This document shows positions 39,148 through 50,572 of a stretch of DNA of 64,000 nucleotides, in pieces. The stretch is from an uncultured Gemmatimonadaceae bacterium (GTDB taxonomy: Bacteria; Gemmatimonadota; Gemmatimonadetes; Gemmatimonadales; Gemmatimonadaceae), in assembly GCA_963751275.1 (NCBI GenBank), contig CAVVTZ010000007.1, positions 896,001 through 960,000 of the forward strand, given 5' to 3'. The notes below the pieces were generated by a model that searched no databases, had not been told where the DNA came from, and saw only the letters and a list, made by a program, of their open reading frames with translations. The translations under genes were made by a program, and so were the position numbers. How positions within the stretch are numbered: the first letter of the stretch is position 1; the number at the start of each line of letters is the position of its first letter.

Positions 39148-41863
39148 ATGTCCACTCATAGTCCGTTCCGCATTCTCGCTCTTCTGCTGCTCGCTGCGCT
39201 CCCGCTCGCTGCGCAGAAGCCCGCCGCCAAGAAGGCGCCGGCGTCCGCGCCGACGGCCGACTCCACGCCGGACCCCATCTCGAAATTCGCCGAGAGCTTC
39301 TCCTATCGCGGCATCGGACCCGCCGCGTACTCCGGGCGCGTCACGTCGATCGCCGTGCCCACGAGCACGGAACCGCGCCCCAAAACATTCTACATTGGCG
39401 CGGCCGGCGGCGGCGTCTGGAAAACAGTCAACGGCGGCATCACCTGGCACGCCTCCTCGTCCGGACTCGGCAGCGAGACGATCGGCGATCTCGCCGTCGC
39501 CCCCTCCGACAGCCAGATCCTCTGGGCCGGCACCGGCGAGAAGAACAGCCTGCGCTCGCAGTACTGGGGCGATGGCGTGTACAAGTCGGTGAATGGCGGC
39601 AAAGAGTGGAAGAAGATGGGGCTCGCCGATACCAAGAGCATCGGCCGCGTCATCATCCACCCCACCGGTCCCGACACGGTGTACGTCGCCGCGCTCGGCC
39701 ATCTCTGGGGCCCCAACAATGAACGCGGCGTCTACAAGACCACCGACGGCGGCAAGAGCTGGACGCGCGTGCTCTTCGTGGATGACACGACGGGCTTCGT
39801 GGATCTCGCGATGGATCCGAGCGATCCCAACACGCTCTACGCCGCGGCGTGGCACCGGCTGCGCTGGGGCGGCGCGCACATGGAAGGTGTGGGCAAGGGC
39901 AGCGGCATCTACAAGACCACCGACGGCGGCAAGACGTGGATACGGCTCACCGATCCCAAGCTGAACAACGGACTCCCCACGGATCGCATGGGCCGCATCG
40001 GCCTCGCGGTCACGCCGCAGAACCCGAAGCTCGTGTACGCGATGATCGAAGTGGATCGCGGCATCACCAGCGCCACGCAGGGGCGCTTCGGCGGCGTCTT
40101 CCGCTCGAACGACGGCGGCGCTCACTGGACGCAGCTGAACGATCTGCAGGCCGAGCCGCACTACTATTATGATGCGATCTTCGTGGACCCCAACGATTCG
40201 CAGCACGTGTTCGTGGCCACGAGCCCGCTGCTCGAGAGCAAGGATGGCGGCCACACCTTCGCGCCCGAGTCGTTGTTCAATGTGCACGTGGACAATCACG
40301 CGCTCTGGATCGATCCGCACGATCGCGGTCACCGCATCCTCGGCAACGACGGCGGCGCGTACGTCACGTACGACGCGGGCAAGGCGTGGTGGCACATGCC
40401 GCTGCCCATCGGCCAGTTCTATACCGTGATCGTGGACAGCTCGCTCGCGCCGTACCAGCTGTGCGGCGGGCTGCAGGACAACGGCGTGTGGTGCGGACCG
40501 AGCGCTGTGCGCGACTCGAGCGGCATCTCCGACGCCGATTGGTACCCGGTGAATGGCGGCGACGGGATGTGGGTGCAGGTGCCGCCGAACGATCCGTGGA
40601 CCGTGTACTCGGGCTGGCAGTACGGGAACATCTCCAAGCTCGATCTCCGCACGTGGAAGCGCGACGACGTCGTGCCCGCATCCCTCGACGCCGGCGCCGA
40701 GAGCGGGTATGCGTACACCTGGGGCTGGACGACGCCCATCCTCATTTCCACGCACGATTCAGGCACGGTGTATCTCGGCGCCAACCGGCTCTTCCGCCTG
40801 AAGCAGGGCGGCAAGGATTGGGAGGCGCTCGGCCCCGACATGACCAAGACGCCGCGCGAGAAGCCGGCGCCCGAAGTGGGGAACACGAGCTATCACGCCA
40901 TCTTCTCGATCGCGGAGAGTCCGAAGAATGCGGCGGTGCTGTGGACCGGCACCGACGACGGCAACATCTGGGTGTCGCGCGACACGGGCAAGACGTGGAG
41001 CAACACGTCGAGCAAGCTTCCCAAGGGCGTGCCCACCGATTGCTTCGTGCAGTACATCGCCGCGTCGGCGCATGCCGATGGCGCCGCGTGGGTGGCGCTC
41101 GATTGTCATCATCGCGACGACTACCGGCCGCATATCTTGCGCACCACCGACTTCGGGGCGACGTGGACCGAGATGGTGAACGGCCTGCCCGTGGATCGCG
41201 GCAGCATGATCGTGGTGGAGAGTCCGCGCAACCCGCGCGTGCTGTGGGCGGGCACGTCGGACGGCGTGTACATCACGCTCGACGGCGGGCAGAAGTGGCG
41301 GCGCTTCGGCAAGGACTTCCCGAAGGTGATGGTGGAGGCGATGGCGATCTCGGCGCGCACGCATGAGTTGGTTGTGGGAACGCACGGGCGCGGCATCTAC
41401 ATCGCCGGCATCGGACCTGCGGAGGAATACACGGATTCACTGCTCGCGTCGCCGGTGCACCTGTTCGACGTGGCGCCGGCGTACCAGTTCCGCTGGCATC
41501 ACACTCGGGCGAGCGACGGCAGCGCGCCGTTCATGGCGCCGAACCCGCCGCGCGGCGCCGTGATCCACTACTATATAAAGGAGCCGCAGCCCGAAGGCGT
41601 GAAGCTGGTGATCACGTCGGCCGCGGGCGACACCGTGCGCACGATCACCGGGTCCGGCGTGCCGGGAATGCAGAGCGTCACGTGGGATCTGTCGAGTGCG
41701 CGACCGCGTCCGCGCGGACTGGGCGATCCCACGGACGCGATCGGAGTTGGTGCGCGTGCTGCCGGGTACGTACACCGTGCAGCTCACCCTCGGGAAGACG
41801 ACGCTCGAACGCACGATCGTGGTGACCGAGCTGGGGCCGGACAAGTTGGGAAGGATCCGGTAA
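39148..41863 (+). CDS. BNR/Asp-box repeat (VPS10-like) glycosyl hydrolase, frameshift near 41745
   Basis: Repeated (S/T).DGG.(T/S)W boxes, GGLQDNG, GTHGRG; true C-terminus LPGTYTVQLT...IR* in the shifted frame. Confidence 0.9.
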
Positions 41864-42065
41864 CCGTAGGCGCGCGTTTGGCCGTTGCGCCCCGCCTCAA
41901 TGCGATCGAGGCGGGGCGCGCTGTATTGCGACACTCGCGATTCCACTCCTTACAAGATGTAGGCGAATCCCCCGCAAGCACCGCAGGCGGGTGGGCTATT
42001 GTTCGCCGCCTGCTCTGCATTCGAGCGGCCTGATGCTCACTCTCGAACCTGGTTTGGAGGCGTAT

Positions 42066-42641
42066 ATGTCACTCGACATCAAGAAGCTTGGCCTCACAGC
42101 GACGGCAATGCTGGTCGCGCTCTCCCTCGGTGCGCAGCAGCCCGCAGCGGCGCCAGCCGCTCCGATCGCGGGCGGAGTCGTCGGCGAAGTCACGCAGTGG
42201 AAGGGGGTGGTCCAGTCGGTCGATCTTCAGACGCGGTGGGTCGTGGTCCAAGGCATGCAGGGGACGATCCACGCCTTCAAGGCGCAGAAGGGTGTGAACC
42301 TGAACAGCGTCAAGGCGGGCGACTCGCTGACGGTGGACTACGTGGAATCGATCGCGGTCTACCTGCGGAAGGCCACTGATCCACCGGTCGCCGGCTCCGC
42401 GAATCTGACCACCGTCAAGCCGAAGGGGCTGCCCGCGGTGACGGACGTGTCAGTGACGGAAGTCCAGGCGAATGTGACCGCGGTGAATCAGGCGAAGCGC
42501 TCACTCACGGTGGTCGGCCCGGGCGCGAAGTCGTACACGTTCACGGTCGATCCGAGCGTCACCGCCTTCTCGCAGGTGAAGGTGGGCGACCAGATCGTGG
42601 TCCGCTACACCGAGTCGATCGCGGTCAAGGTCACGAAGTAA
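42066..42641 (+). CDS. Secreted hypothetical protein with two OB-like repeats
   Basis: GGAGG RBS; repeated VKAGDSLTVDYVESIAV / VKVGDQIVVRYTESIAV. Confidence 0.8.
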   Translation: MSLDIKKLGLTATAMLVALSLGAQQPAAAPAAPIAGGVVGEVTQWKGVVQSVDLQTRWVVVQGMQGTIHAFKAQKGVNLNSVKAGDSLTVDYVESIAVYLRKATDPPVAGSANLTTVKPKGLPAVTDVSVTEVQANVTAVNQAKRSLTVVGPGAKSYTFTVDPSVTAFSQVKVGDQIVVRYTESIAVKVTK

Positions 42642-42728
42642 CGGAGTATCGCTGACGCCGGCGCGCGCCCGGGTGTTCCCGGGTGCGCGCCGGATTCCAT
42701 TGGTTGGGGACTAACGGGGGAACTTCGC

Positions 42729-45421
42729 ATGCAGAATTCTCGCACGATGGCGGAAGTGATCCGAGTTGCCGCTGCAACGGTGCTGGCGCTAGCGAGCATC
42801 GCGCCGATCGCCTCCGCCCAGGTCGTCACCGGCACACCGGGAAGCCCAAGCGCTACGACCACGATCAGCGGGAACCAGCTCCCCGCGCCGCCGCAGAAAT
42901 TCGGCGGCGTCATCAAGGATGTCGCCAAGGAATCGAAGCCCTGGTGGCCCGAGACGATCGTGCCGGGGAAGGGCGCGCCGAACATCCTGCTCATCATGAC
43001 CGACGACGCGGGCTACGGCGTGGACGGCACGTTCGGCGGCGTCATCCCCACGCCAACGATGGACAAGATCGCGGCGGAAGGACTGCGCTTCACGCAATTC
43101 CACTCCACATCGCTCTGCTCACCGACGCGCGCGGCGCTCATCACCGGGCGCAATCACCACTCGGTGGGTTTCGGCGTGGTCACCGAGATGTCCACGGGGT
43201 ACCCGGGCTACAACTCGATCATCGGACCGGAGAACGCGACGGTCGGCCGGATCCTCAAGGACCACGGCTACGCGACCTCCTGGTTCGGCAAGAATCACAA
43301 CACGCCGGGCTTCCAGCTGAGCAGCGCCGCCGGTCCCTTCGATCAGTGGCCGAGCGGAATGGGCTTCGACTATTTCTACGGCTTCATGGGCGGCGAAACG
43401 GACCAGTGGCATCCGTATCTCTTCCGGAACCACGATCAGGTCTTCCCGTGGATCGGGCGCCCGGATGGCGAGTACAACCTGATCACCGACATGGCGGATG
43501 ATGCCATTCGCTATCTCAAGGAGCTGAACGCGTCCGCGCCGGACAAGCCGTTCTTCCTCTACTACGTGCCGGGCGCGACGCACGCGCCGCACCACCCCAA
43601 GCCGGAGTGGGTCGCGAAGTTCAAGGGGAAGTTCGACATGGGATTCGAGAAGCTGCGCGACTCGATCTTCGCGAATCAGCAGCGGCTCGGCGTCATCCCG
43701 CCGGGAACGCAGCTCACGCCATGGCCGGCTGATCTCCCGAAGTGGGACACACTGTCCGCATTGCAGAAGCGCCTGTACGCGCGGCAGGCCGAGGTGTTCG
43801 CCGGCTACGGCGCGTACGTGGACAACGAGATCGGCCGCGTGATCCAGGCTGTGGCCGATCTGGGGAAGCTCGATAACACGCTGATCATCTACATCTGCGG
43901 CGACAACGGCACGAGTCCCGAGGGCGCGGTGCAGGGAACGCCGAACGAGCAGACCACGTTCAACGGCATCCAGCACCTGCCCGATGCGGTGCAGCTGCTC
44001 CACTACAACGATTGGGGTTCCGAGTACACGTACCCGCACATGTCGGCCGCGTGGGCGTGGGCGTTCGACACGCCGTTCAAGTGGACGAAGCAAGTGGCGT
44101 CGCACTTCGGCGGCACGCGCCAGGGGATGGTCATCGCGTGGCCCGGTCACATCGCCGACAAGGGCGGCATCCGCACGCAGTTCCATCACGTGATCGATGT
44201 GGTGCCCACGATCCTCGAGGCCAGCGGCATCAAGGCGCCCGAGTACGTGGACGGGATCAAGCAGACGCCGCTCGACGGCGTGAGCATGCTCTACACGCTC
44301 GACAAGGCGAACGCGAACGCGCCGTCGCACCGCACCACGCAGTACTTCGAGATGATCGGCAATCGCGCGATCTATCACGACGGCTGGGTCGCGGCCACCA
44401 CGCCGCCCGAGCCGCCTTGGTTGATGGGCTCGGGTCCGAAGCTGCCGGAGGACATCATCGGCGGCTACAAGTGGGAGCTCTACCACATCACCGACGATTA
44501 CTCGGAGAACAACGATCTGGCGGCGAAGGAACCGGCGAAGCTCAAGGAGATGGAGGCGCTCTTCTACACCGAGGCGGCCAAGTACCACGTGCTGCCCCTC
44601 GACAACACGTCGCTCCCGCGCTTCGTGACGCCGCGGCCCAGCGCCGTGGCGGGGCGCACGGAGTTCACGTACTGCCGGCGTGATCACCGGGATCCCCAAT
44701 GGGAACACGCCGAGCATCCTTCTCGAAGGACTTCACGATCACGGCGGACGTGACGTGCCGAGCGGCGGTGGCGAAGGGACGATCGTGACCTACGGCGGCC
44801 GTTTCGGCGGTTACGCGCTCTATCTCAGCCGCACGTTCAACTGGTGGTATCGTGCGAGCTGCTTCCGGCGGATCGGTCTCGTGCTGGCGGTGATCGGGCT
44901 GCTCTTCGTGGCGCTCGGCGCGCAGGCGGCAGTGGGGGAAGTTCGGCATGCGCTTCAGCTATGGCTGGCGATCGCCGGGGCCGGCTGGTGGGTATCGTGC
45001 GTGGTGGTGGAATGCTCGGGATCGGGAGCGGAAAACCGGTGTTCCTGTACAACTTCCTGGACCTGGAACGCGCCCAAGTGGGAGGGACCATCACTCGGCG
45101 CCGGCAAGCACACGATCGTCTTCGACTTCAAGTACGACGGCCCCGGTCTCGCGAAGGGGGGCACGGGCATGCTCAGCGTGGATGGCAAGGAGGTCGCCCG
45201 GCAGACCATGGAGCACACGATCCCGATCATGATGTCGAACGGCGAGACGCTGGACATCGGGCTCGACACGCGCACTCCGGTGGACGACAACGAGTACCAC
45301 GTCCCGTTCGCGTTCACCGGAACGATCGACAAGGTGACGTACAAGCTCGGCCCGGACCAAATGTCGGCCGAGGACAAGAAGACGGTGGCGACGAGTGGTG
45401 CGGGACGACATCAACAACTAA
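42729..45421 (+). CDS. Arylsulfatase with several frameshifts after ~44675; paralogue of 57835-60528
   Basis: PNILLIMTDD, CSPTRAALITGR, GKNH, GDNG; C-terminus colinear with the intact paralogue. Confidence 0.9.
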
Positions 45422-45522
45422 CGGCAACGGCGTGTGTAGTCGTTGACGTGTAGCAACAGCTGACTGCAAAGGCGCGGGTGGTCGTTGCCACACGTCAACG
45501 ACCACACGCGCCTCTGCCGTTA
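45419..45522. repeat. Long inverted repeat between convergent genes
   Basis: TAACGGCAACGGCGTGTGTAGTCGTTGACGTGTAGCAAC / GTTGCCACACGTCAACGACCACACGCGCCTCTGCCGTTA. Confidence 0.8.
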
Positions 45523-45975
45523 TTCGTGCAGCAACACGATGTCCATGAAGTCGCCGATCATGTTGTAGTACGCCACCGCGGCCCAGGGAACGTAGCGCAC
45601 CGTGGGGCGGCCGACGTGGCCGGCGTTGTCGCGCGGAATGCGCCGCAGTACTATCCCGTCCGCGTTGACCGCAATCAGGTCATAGTTCTGTGGCTCCTGA
45701 TTGAGTTGCACCTGCTTGTTGAGGCAGCTCGACATGAGCGAACGGGGTGAGTCCCAGTGATTCGTGAAATCGGCGGAGTGGCAGATGGGGGCGTCGCCTT
45801 GGGCGCCTCCGGTCGGCGCGCTCGACGGCGGCGCGGGCGGAGCCGGCGGCGGATGCATGGGCGCGATCGGCGCAACGGCCGGCTTGATGGGCTTCGGTGT
45901 CTGCGCCTGCAGCCCCGATACGAGCGCGGCGGTCACAGCGATCACCAACAGCGACTGGAACGGCTTCCGGATCAT
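45520..45975 (-). CDS. Secreted proline-rich hypothetical protein
   Basis: AGGAG RBS, signal peptide, Pro-rich linker. Confidence 0.7.
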   Translation of the reverse strand: MIRKPFQSLLVIAVTAALVSGLQAQTPKPIKPAVAPIAPMHPPPAPPAPPSSAPTGGAQGDAPICHSADFTNHWDSPRSLMSSCLNKQVQLNQEPQNYDLIAVNADGIVLRRIPRDNAGHVGRPTVRYVPWAAVAYYNMIGDFMDIVLLHE

Positions 45976-46068
45976 GGCTCCTCTCCGTCGGAGGGTGTGC
46001 CAGTACGGTAGCCGCAATGGCCGCCGCGCGCCATTGGCGCGCGGGCCCGTGGGGGTTAGGATAGGCTG

Positions 46069-46542
46069 GTGACCGCGCCGAACGCGTCCGAACCGGCCAA
46101 TGCTCCGCGCACCTACCGCGTCGCGGCAGGGTGGCGCGTGTTCCTCACGCTCGCGGGCCTCGCCTTCTCAATCGGGGGCCTTTTTTGCTCCTGGTTCGCG
46201 TGGAACACTCATAGCGAGGAGGCCACGTTCTTCTGGCGGATCGTAGCCGCCGTGGGCTCTCTCGTTTGGGGCGTGGGAGTCGGCTTGTACGGCATCGTCG
46301 CCGCCTCGCGCAACCATCTCGTGCTCACCGCCGACCGGATCATCGTCTACCAATTGCTGTACGGCAGGCAGAGCCTGCGGCGGGACGAGATCGCAGGTCG
46401 TCGCCGGAAAATGCACTATACATTACTAGTTCCGACTCGGCCCGGTCTCGATGCGGTCAGGGTCGATTCGGGCTATGCGACCGACTCGGCGTTTGACGCA
46501 TGGCTGGCGTCGATCCCGACTCTCGACGCAGCGAATTCCTAG
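46069..46542 (+). CDS. Membrane hypothetical protein (2 TM plus PH-like domain)
   Basis: Two hydrophobic helices then a beta domain. Confidence 0.6.
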   Translation: MTAPNASEPANAPRTYRVAAGWRVFLTLAGLAFSIGGLFCSWFAWNTHSEEATFFWRIVAAVGSLVWGVGVGLYGIVAASRNHLVLTADRIIVYQLLYGRQSLRRDEIAGRRRKMHYTLLVPTRPGLDAVRVDSGYATDSAFDAWLASIPTLDAANS

Positions 46543-46561
46543 TCTCACACGGAGGTATCCA

Positions 46562-47108
46562 ATGCGCACCACACGAATGCTCGCCCTCGCGCTCCTCGCG
46601 TTCCCCATCATGGCGCCGGCCCGTCGCGCGCCCGCGCGGAGCGATGAACACGCGGAATGTTCTCAAGACCATTTCCGAGATGACCAAGAAGGATTCGGGG
46701 CTCACCAAGTTCTTCAAGGGCTCGGCGGGCTATGCGGTATTCCCCACGATCGGCAAAGGCGCGATCGGCATCGGCGGCGCGCACGGCGATGGCGAGCTCA
46801 TCGTCGGCGGAACGGCGCTCGGCGAGACCTCGATGACGCAGGTGACGATCGGCTTCCAGCTCGGCGGGCAGGCCTACTCCGAGATCATCTTCTTCGAGGA
46901 CGCGAAGACGCTCGCCAATTTCCAGAAGGGCGACTTCGAGTTCGCCGCGCAGGTGAGCGCGGTCGCGCTGAAGGCGGGCGCGTCGGCGAACGCCAAGTAC
47001 GCGAACGGCGTCGCCGTGTTCACCATGGCGAAGGGCGGTCTCATGTACGAAGCGAGCGTGGGCGGACAGAAATTCGGGTACAAGCCCTTCAAGCCCGCGG
47101 AAAAATGA
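46562..47108 (+). CDS. Ysc84/SYLF lipid-binding protein, frameshift near the 5' end
   Basis: GYAVFPTIGKG..GIGGAHG.G, GFQLGGQ.YSEIIFF, GGLMYEASVGGQKF. Confidence 0.85.
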
Positions 47109-47204
47109 TGCCCGGCGTCGTGGGATGACGCGCGCGGAGAACTGATGCCGTTGTAGTCCATCATGGCCATCATGTTCATCCTGTCCAGTTCTTGGCTTTA
47201 CAAC

Positions 47205-47681
47205 AACTGCTTTGACAGGATGAACATGATGGACATGGTGGGGGCTCCTCGAAATGACCTGCTCACCGAGAGAGTGATCGGGTTGGCAATGAAGGTGCAT
47301 CGAGCGCTTGGACCGGGCTTCCTCGAGGCGGTGTATCGAAGGGCACTCCTCATTGAATTGAGAAACGCGGGCATTCCGGCCGAAGCAGAATGCCGGATCT
47401 CGGTGATGTATGCAGGACTGCCCGTCGGTGAGTACGTCGCTGACATCACGGTGCAGTGCGCTGTAATCGTGGAATTGAAGGCTGTGGTTGCGCTGAGCAC
47501 GGCGCACGAGGTGCAGCTCGTACACTACCTAACCGCCACCGGCCTCGATGTGGGCCTCTTGCTCAACTTTGGCGCCGAGCGCCTGCAATTCAAACGAAAA
47601 CATCGATTGCCACGCGCCGCGACGATCTGAGCCTCACGCCGTTCCATCATGATCATCATGTTCATCATGTCAAGAGCAGTT
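47205..47681. mobile_element. GxxExxY cassette 1, bounded by inverted repeats
   Basis: AACTGCTTTGACAGGATGAACATGATGGACATGGTGG (47205-47241) and CCATCATGATCATCATGTTCATCATGTCAAGAGCAGTT (47644-47681); extra inverted copy at 47158-47187. Confidence 0.7.
47220..47630 (+). CDS. GxxExxY protein (PD-(D/E)XK nuclease-like)
   Basis: IGLAMKVHRALGPGFLEAVY, ADITV..VIVELKAV, QLVHYL.ATGL.VGLLLNFG. Confidence 0.93.
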   Translation: MNMMDMVGAPRNDLLTERVIGLAMKVHRALGPGFLEAVYRRALLIELRNAGIPAEAECRISVMYAGLPVGEYVADITVQCAVIVELKAVVALSTAHEVQLVHYLTATGLDVGLLLNFGAERLQFKRKHRLPRAATI

Positions 47682-47743
47682 GGTTTGAACTCAACTGCAC
47701 GACGATGCTCGTCATGGTGCGAGCGGCGCCCACCAGGAGATAG

Positions 47744-50426
47744 ATGGCCGCTCCAATCATGACCGGTGGTCCGGCGGCCACGCGCCCGCGTGCTGCTGCC
47801 CCATCGAGCCAAGCGGACAGCGACGCCCTCCGGCGCATCGCCTGGTGCGATGCCACGGCGGCGCTCACGGCGCTCGACGCCAAGCGCGAGGGGCTGGACG
47901 AGGAAGAGGTCGAGCGCCGCCGCGAGCAGTTCGGCCGCAATGAGGTCGCGCACGAGAAGGCGCCCGCGTGGTACACGCAGCTGCGCCACGCCTTCGCGAA
48001 TCCGTTCAACTTCCTGCTCAGCACCCTGGCCATCGCGTCCGGCGTCACCGGCGATCGCGAGGCCGTGGTGGTCATCGGGCTCATGGTGGCGCTGAGCGTC
48101 GGCCTTCGCTTCGCGCAGGAATTCCGCAGCAACAAGTCCGCCGAGGCGCTGCGGAAGCTCGTGAGCACCAGCACGGCGGTGGAGCGCAGTGACGACGAGT
48201 TCCATCCCGGCAGCACGCCCGCCGCGCGCCGCCGCGAGATCCCGATGTCCGACCTCGTGCCGGGGGACATCGTCTATCTCTCCGCGGGCGACATGGTGCC
48301 CGCCGACGTGCGCCTGATCGCGGCGAAGGACCTGTTCGTGAGCCAGAGTGCGCTCACCGGCGAGTCGCTTCCGGTGGAGAAGCTCGACCGCAGCGCGGCG
48401 CCGGAGAAGCCGGCGGCGCTCACCGAGATCCCGACCGTCTGCTTCATGGGCACGAGCGTGATCAGCGGCACCGCGACGGCCGTCGTCGCCACGACCGGCG
48501 CGCGCACCGCGTTCGGCGCGATGGCGAAGGGGCTCGTCGGGCCAGCGCGTCACGACGGCGTTCGACGTGGGCGTGAGCAAGGTGAGCTGGCTCTTCATCC
48601 GGTTCATCGTGGTGATGGTGCCGATCGTCTTCCTGCTCAACGGGCTGAACAAGCACGATTGGCTGGAGGCGTTCCTGTTCGGGCTCGCGGTGGCGGTGGG
48701 GCTCACCCCCGAGATGCTGCCGATGATCGTGACGACGAACCTCGCGAAGGGCGCCGTCACGATGGCGAAGCACAAGACGATCGTGAAGCGGCTCAACGCC
48801 ATCCAGAACTTCGGCGCGATGGATGTGCTGTGCACCGACAAGACGGGCACGCTCACGCAGGACAAGATCGTGCTCGAGCGGCACATCAACGTCGTGGGCG
48901 AGGAGGACGACGCGGTGCTCGCGCTCGCGTACCTGAACAGCTTCTACCAGACGGGGCTCAAGAATCTCCTGGACGTGGCGGTGCTGGAGCACGGCGAGAT
49001 CAAGGCCGAGCTGGCGATCGACAAGTCCTACTCGAAGGTGGATGAGATCCCCTTCGACTTCACGCGCCGCCGGATGTCGGTGGTGGTGGAGCACGAGCAT
49101 CAGACGCAGCGCCTCATCTGCAAGGGCGCGGTGGAGGAGATGCTCCGCATCTGCCGGTCGGCGCACGATGAGGACCGGGTGACGGAGCTGAATGACGAGC
49201 GGCGCGAGGACGCGAAGGAGCTCGTGGATGGAGATGAGCGAGGACGGGTTCCGCGTGGTGGCCGTGGCGTACCGCGACTTCGCGCCGCGCACGGGTCCGT
49301 ACACCGTGGCCGACGAGAGCGATCTCGTGCTGGCGGGGTTCATCGGCTTCCTCGATCCGCCCAAGGAGAGCGCCGCGCCGGCGATCAAGGCGCTCGCGCA
49401 GCACGGCGTGAGCGTGAAGATCCTCACCGGCGACAACGACCTCGTCTCGCGCAAGGTCTGCCAGGATGTGGGCCTCGAAGTCGGACACATCGTGCTCGGC
49501 AACGAGATCGACGGGACTCGACGACGAAGCAGCTCGGCGACGTGGCGTCGACAAAGGCACGGTGTTCGCGAAGCTGACGCCCGACGACAAGGTGCGCATC
49601 GTGCGCGCGCTGCGCGCGCGCGGCCACACCGTGGGCTTCATGGGCGATGGCATCAACGACGCCGGCGCGCTGCGCGAGTCCGACGTGGGCATCTCGGTGG
49701 ATTCCGCGGTGGACATCGCCAAGGAATCCGCCGACATCATCCTGCTCGAGAAGAGCCTGATGGTGCTGGAGGAGGGCGTGCTCGAGGGGCGGAAGACGTT
49801 CGGCAACACCATCAAGTACATCAAGATGACGGCGAGCTCGAACTTCGGGAACGTGTTCAGCGTGCTCATCGCGAGCGCGTTCCTGCCGTTCCTGCCGATG
49901 CTGCCGATCCAGCTCCTCACGGTGAATCTGCTCTACGATCTGTCGCAGACGTCCATCCCGTGGGACGACATGGACCCGGAGTATCTGACCGTGCCGCGGA
50001 AGTGGCGCGCCGACGACATCGGCCGGTTCATGATCTTCATCGGGCCGATCAGCTCGATCTTCGACGTGATCACCTTCGGCGTGATGTGGTACGTCTTCGC
50101 GCGCCAACGGCCCGGCCCACCAGTCGCTCTTCCAGTCGGGGTGGTTCATCGAGTCGCTGCTCACGCAGACGCTCATCGTGCACATGATCCGCACGGCGAA
50201 GGTGCCGTTCATCCAGAGCCGCGCGACGTGGCCGGTGCTCACGGTGACGGCGCTGACCATGGTGATGGGCATCGTGCTGCCCTTCACGCCGCTCGGGAAG
50301 AACCTCGGTCTCGAGGCGCTGCCGGCGAGCTATTTCCTCTGGCTCTTCGCGATCCTCTCGGGCTATTCCGCGCTCACGCAGGTGATGAAGGGCTGGTACA
50401 TCCGGCGGTTCGGGACGTGGCTGTGA
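47744..50426 (+). CDS. mgtA: Magnesium-translocating P-type ATPase with several frameshifts
   Basis: [58 protein letters not shown] spread over several frames. Confidence 0.9.
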
Positions 50427-50572
50427 GGGTGAACGGGCGTTGGTGCTGTTGAACGGTTCGAACACCGCATGCGGCGCTTGACTTCGCGACGGGTGAATGC
50501 TCAAACTGGATAGCGTCGTTCGCTGCGGCGCGCAGCGCAGGCCCACTCGTCCGAGCTCAGCTCCGGGGGATC

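Noticed and set aside
47744..50426. Programmed frameshifting in mgtA
   Set aside because: Several shifts without evident slippery sites; the window-wide indel pattern points to sequencing error.
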